NCBI GenBank assembly: GCA_964526505.1
Contig: CAZGJC010000005.1
Span: forward strand, 1 to 61,663
Direction of reading: 5' to 3'
From: an uncultured Clostridium sp.
GTDB lineage: Bacteria > Bacillota > Clostridia > Oscillospirales > CAG-272
Length of the DNA: 61,663 nt
Shown: positions 59,070 to 61,663 of the stretch, one piece after another
Layout: each line of letters begins with the position of its first letter
How positions within the stretch are numbered: the stretch's first letter is position 1
The notes under the pieces: model-generated
Seen by the model: only the letters and a program-made list of their open reading frames with translations
Database searches by the model: none
Told to the model about the DNA's origin: nothing
Position numbers and translations under genes: made by a program

Positions 59070-60224
59070 TCAAACTTCGGGAATTTCAATCGTAATTTCA
59101 CGTCCGAGTTTTGCCGAACGTACAATTCCATCAATAATTGCTTGGTTATATACTATTTCGCTTGTCGGAACTGTCGCCTTACCGTTTGTCTTTATGGCAT
59201 CAATAAACGAGCGTAATTTTTTTGCGAACAAATCACTTGACGGTTTAAGCGGAACCTTGTATTCCAAGGTTTGATCTCCTATTGTCTTGTATACCGTCAG
59301 AGGCTTATCAAATTCACCGTTCCAACATTCTGTTGAAGGAATACGAAGACCGCCCTTTGTACCTAAAATTAGTGCATCTCCGCAAGTATCCATGTGCATA
59401 GCCCAAGAAATACGGAAGTCGAGGATTATTCCGCCCTCTAATCTTACAAAGCCGGCTGCAAAATCATCTACGCCGAACTTATCCGCATATTCCGGATGAC
59501 CGGGATAATATTCAGGATCTTTTCCAAAGAAGTCCGATGTATAACCGGAAACAGTTAAAGGTTTTGGATATCCAACGGCACCCATAAGCATATCAAGAGA
59601 GTAAGAACCAATATCACCGACAGCACCGATTCCTCCTGTTTCCGTCTCAATAAACGACGTTCCAAACGGTGTGGGAATGCCACGTCTGCGACCTCCTCCC
59701 GCTTGCATATAGTAGACTTTTCCGAGTTCGCCGGACTCAACTATTTTTTTGATCATCTGCATATTTTCGCTCATTCTCGGCTGGAATCCGATCGTAAGAA
59801 TTTTGCCCGACTCCTTTTCTGCACGCATAACCTCTATTGCTTCATCAAGTGTTACCGTAAAAGGCTTTTCAAGCATTACGTTGAGACCTGCTTTAAGTGC
59901 GTGAATGGCACAATTTGCGTGTTGACAGTTATAAGTACAAATACTTACACCGTCAAGATCTTTTTCATTTTTAATAAGTTCCTCATCACTTGAATAAATA
60001 CGGCAATTTTCAAGTCCAAAATCCTTGGCAAATTTCTCTGCTTTGCCCGGAATAAGATCAGCAACCGCAACCACATCCACGTCAGGCATATTTAAATACG
60101 CTTGCATATGTGGACCGGCAATCCACCCTGTTCCTATGATTCCTATCTTAACCTTCTTATTTGTATCAATTACCTTTTTTTCTTGATTTGTTTTAAACGC
60201 ATCAAGTCCTGCAACTTCTGCCAT
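59070..60224 (-). CDS. Gfo/Idh/MocA family NAD(P)-dependent oxidoreductase
   Basis: IGIIGTGWIA, LEKP, GFQPR, DIGSY; start at 60224 (GGAGG RBS). Confidence 0.93.
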   Translation of the reverse strand: MAEVAGLDAFKTNQEKKVIDTNKKVKIGIIGTGWIAGPHMQAYLNMPDVDVVAVADLIPGKAEKFAKDFGLENCRIYSSDEELIKNEKDLDGVSICTYNCQHANCAIHALKAGLNVMLEKPFTVTLDEAIEVMRAEKESGKILTIGFQPRMSENMQMIKKIVESGELGKVYYMQAGGGRRRGIPTPFGTSFIETETGGIGAVGDIGSYSLDMLMGAVGYPKPLTVSGYTSDFFGKDPEYYPGHPEYADKFGVDDFAAGFVRLEGGIILDFRISWAMHMDTCGDALILGTKGGLRIPSTECWNGEFDKPLTVYKTIGDQTLEYKVPLKPSSDLFAKKLRSFIDAIKTNGKATVPTSEIVYNQAIIDGIVRSAKLGREITIEIPEV

Positions 60225-60286
60225 ATTTTCCTCCATAAATTTACTTCCGATGTATACGGATAATATTTACATAAAAGACATATGTC

Positions 60287-61333
60287 TTAAATATCAACTT
60301 TTAATGTTTGACCTATATTGCTTGACTTAAAACAAGCCTCAATTACCTGCAAAACACGTCTCACTTCACAATTTTTTATAATTTGCTCCGCTCCATAGTT
60401 AATTGCATCTGCAAAATTTCTGTAAAAATCGTGTACGTCGCTTTGTAAGCGTTCAATTTTGAATATATCCAGTGTCAATTCGTCACGTGGAGCCATCGTT
60501 TTCGTTATTCCCGCCGCATTCTGCACAGGAGTAATGTCCTTCTCAACCCAACGTTTCAATTTGGCGACACGAGCATTTTTTTGCCAATCTTCAAGATAAA
60601 GCGTGCCATTTGTACACTGCATATAATACCGAGGTAATGGTAAAAAATTGTATGTACCTACTTCTACGTGTGCGGTCTTACCGCTTGTAAATCCTATTTC
60701 AAGCCTAAACCCGTCGTCAACTTCTTGATTTGTTATGTGGGTAGTAACACAATTTACTGAAATTATTTTTTCGTCTATCAGTTGAAGCATCTGGTCAATG
60801 AGGTGAACGCCCCAATCAAAAATCATTCCACCGCCCGGTGCTTTTTCACATCGCCAATCACTTGGAATGCCACGAGACCCGTGTATACGTGACTCAATCC
60901 TCAACACATCACCTATCTCACCACTTTGAATTACACTCTTAACCGCCAGAAAATCAATATCCCAGCGTCGGTTCTGATGTACTGTAAGCAGTTTCCCGGC
61001 AGATTTCGCAACTGAAACCATTCTGTCAAACGAATCTACGGTTAACGCTACCGGTTTTTCACAAATTACATTGTGTGATGATTTCAACGCAGATACAACC
61101 AATTCCTCATGACAGTCGTTGGGTGTTGCAACAACTATAATATCTATTGATTCATCGGCAAAAATCGACTCATTATTCTCATATACAAAAATACCATTTG
61201 CTCTCGCAGCCTCCCGACGACTGTCTTTAATGTCATATATGCCGGACAACTCCACCACATTGCTTTTTTGTATTTGAGAGCAGTGCCATGCACCTTGCCC
61301 TCCATAACCTATAACGGCAACTTTTAACTTCAT
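60287..61333 (-). CDS. Gfo/Idh/MocA family NAD(P)-dependent oxidoreductase
   Basis: VIGYGGQG, ATPN..H, CEKP, HQNRRWD, GGGMIFDWGVHLIDQ. Confidence 0.93.
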   Translation of the reverse strand: MKLKVAVIGYGGQGAWHCSQIQKSNVVELSGIYDIKDSRREAARANGIFVYENNESIFADESIDIIVVATPNDCHEELVVSALKSSHNVICEKPVALTVDSFDRMVSVAKSAGKLLTVHQNRRWDIDFLAVKSVIQSGEIGDVLRIESRIHGSRGIPSDWRCEKAPGGGMIFDWGVHLIDQMLQLIDEKIISVNCVTTHITNQEVDDGFRLEIGFTSGKTAHVEVGTYNFLPLPRYYMQCTNGTLYLEDWQKNARVAKLKRWVEKDITPVQNAAGITKTMAPRDELTLDIFKIERLQSDVHDFYRNFADAINYGAEQIIKNCEVRRVLQVIEACFKSSNIGQTLKVDI

Positions 61334-61399
61334 TTATGTATCCCTCTATTTGTTTACTATCGCTTAAAATATATTATAACAATGATATTTTCTGTGTTA

Positions 61400-61428
61400 A
61401 TTATACATAATTATATCGTAAATGGCAA
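61400..61428 (-). promoter_or_regulatory. sigma-A promoter for the oxidoreductase operon
   Basis: TTGCCA-17bp-TATAAT. Confidence 0.7.
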
Positions 61429-61507
61429 GTCATATATGTTGTAATTTATAGACAATTATTGCACTCTTGTGGCTGAAACTTTTAACTCAAAAATTGTTAA
61501 AAAAAGA

Positions 61508-61536
61508 TTGACAAAAATTGCTTGTTGTGCTATAAT
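61508..61536 (+). promoter_or_regulatory. sigma-A promoter for tRNA-Pro
   Basis: TTGACA-17bp-TATAAT, perfect consensus with an extended TG and an upstream A-tract. Confidence 0.92.
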
Positions 61537-61565
61537 AATATGGTAATGTGATTTTTCAAACACAT

Positions 61566-61642
<77 letters not shown>

Positions 61643-61663
61643 TTTAAAAAGCATAGGTTTGAT

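Overview
Low-GC chromosomal window from a spore-forming Clostridia-type Firmicute, inferred from GGAGG-type RBSs, near-consensus sigma-A promoters and ylmC/spoVB/sigH-like genes. I saw no transposase, integrase, prophage or CRISPR array. The left half is mostly housekeeping: the 5' end of rpsB with its S2 leader, a leftward run of ruvC, a methyltransferase, ecfA1A2T, truA, a DUF5711-like gene, cvpA, a Clp ATPase, a P-type ATPase homologue and ylmC, then DUF951-yfhO-ruvAB, ABC exporters, an SGNH esterase lipoprotein, rubredoxin, a spoVB-like flippase, a SigH-like sigma factor, hom and rarA. The best candidate for an undescribed system is the ~22 kb divergent locus at 35.4-57.4 kb. Its left arm is an extracytoplasmic thiol-disulfide set: a 967-aa TlpA lipoprotein with a duplicated unknown domain, a membrane protein ending in CxxC, and a polytopic ferredoxin fused to TlpA. 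Its right arm is a 16 kb operon: a 2489-aa membrane-anchored S8 protease with BspA-type LRRs, a lipoprotein, an atypical OppABCDF and a small basic membrane protein. The second notable item is a full-length P-type ATPase homologue that lacks all catalytic motifs. The window ends with an AraC/TIM-barrel/Gfo-Idh-MocA sugar module and tRNA-Pro(CGG). All family assignments come from motif recognition by eye; no searches were run. Several starts were moved from the ORF track to better RBS-supported codons.
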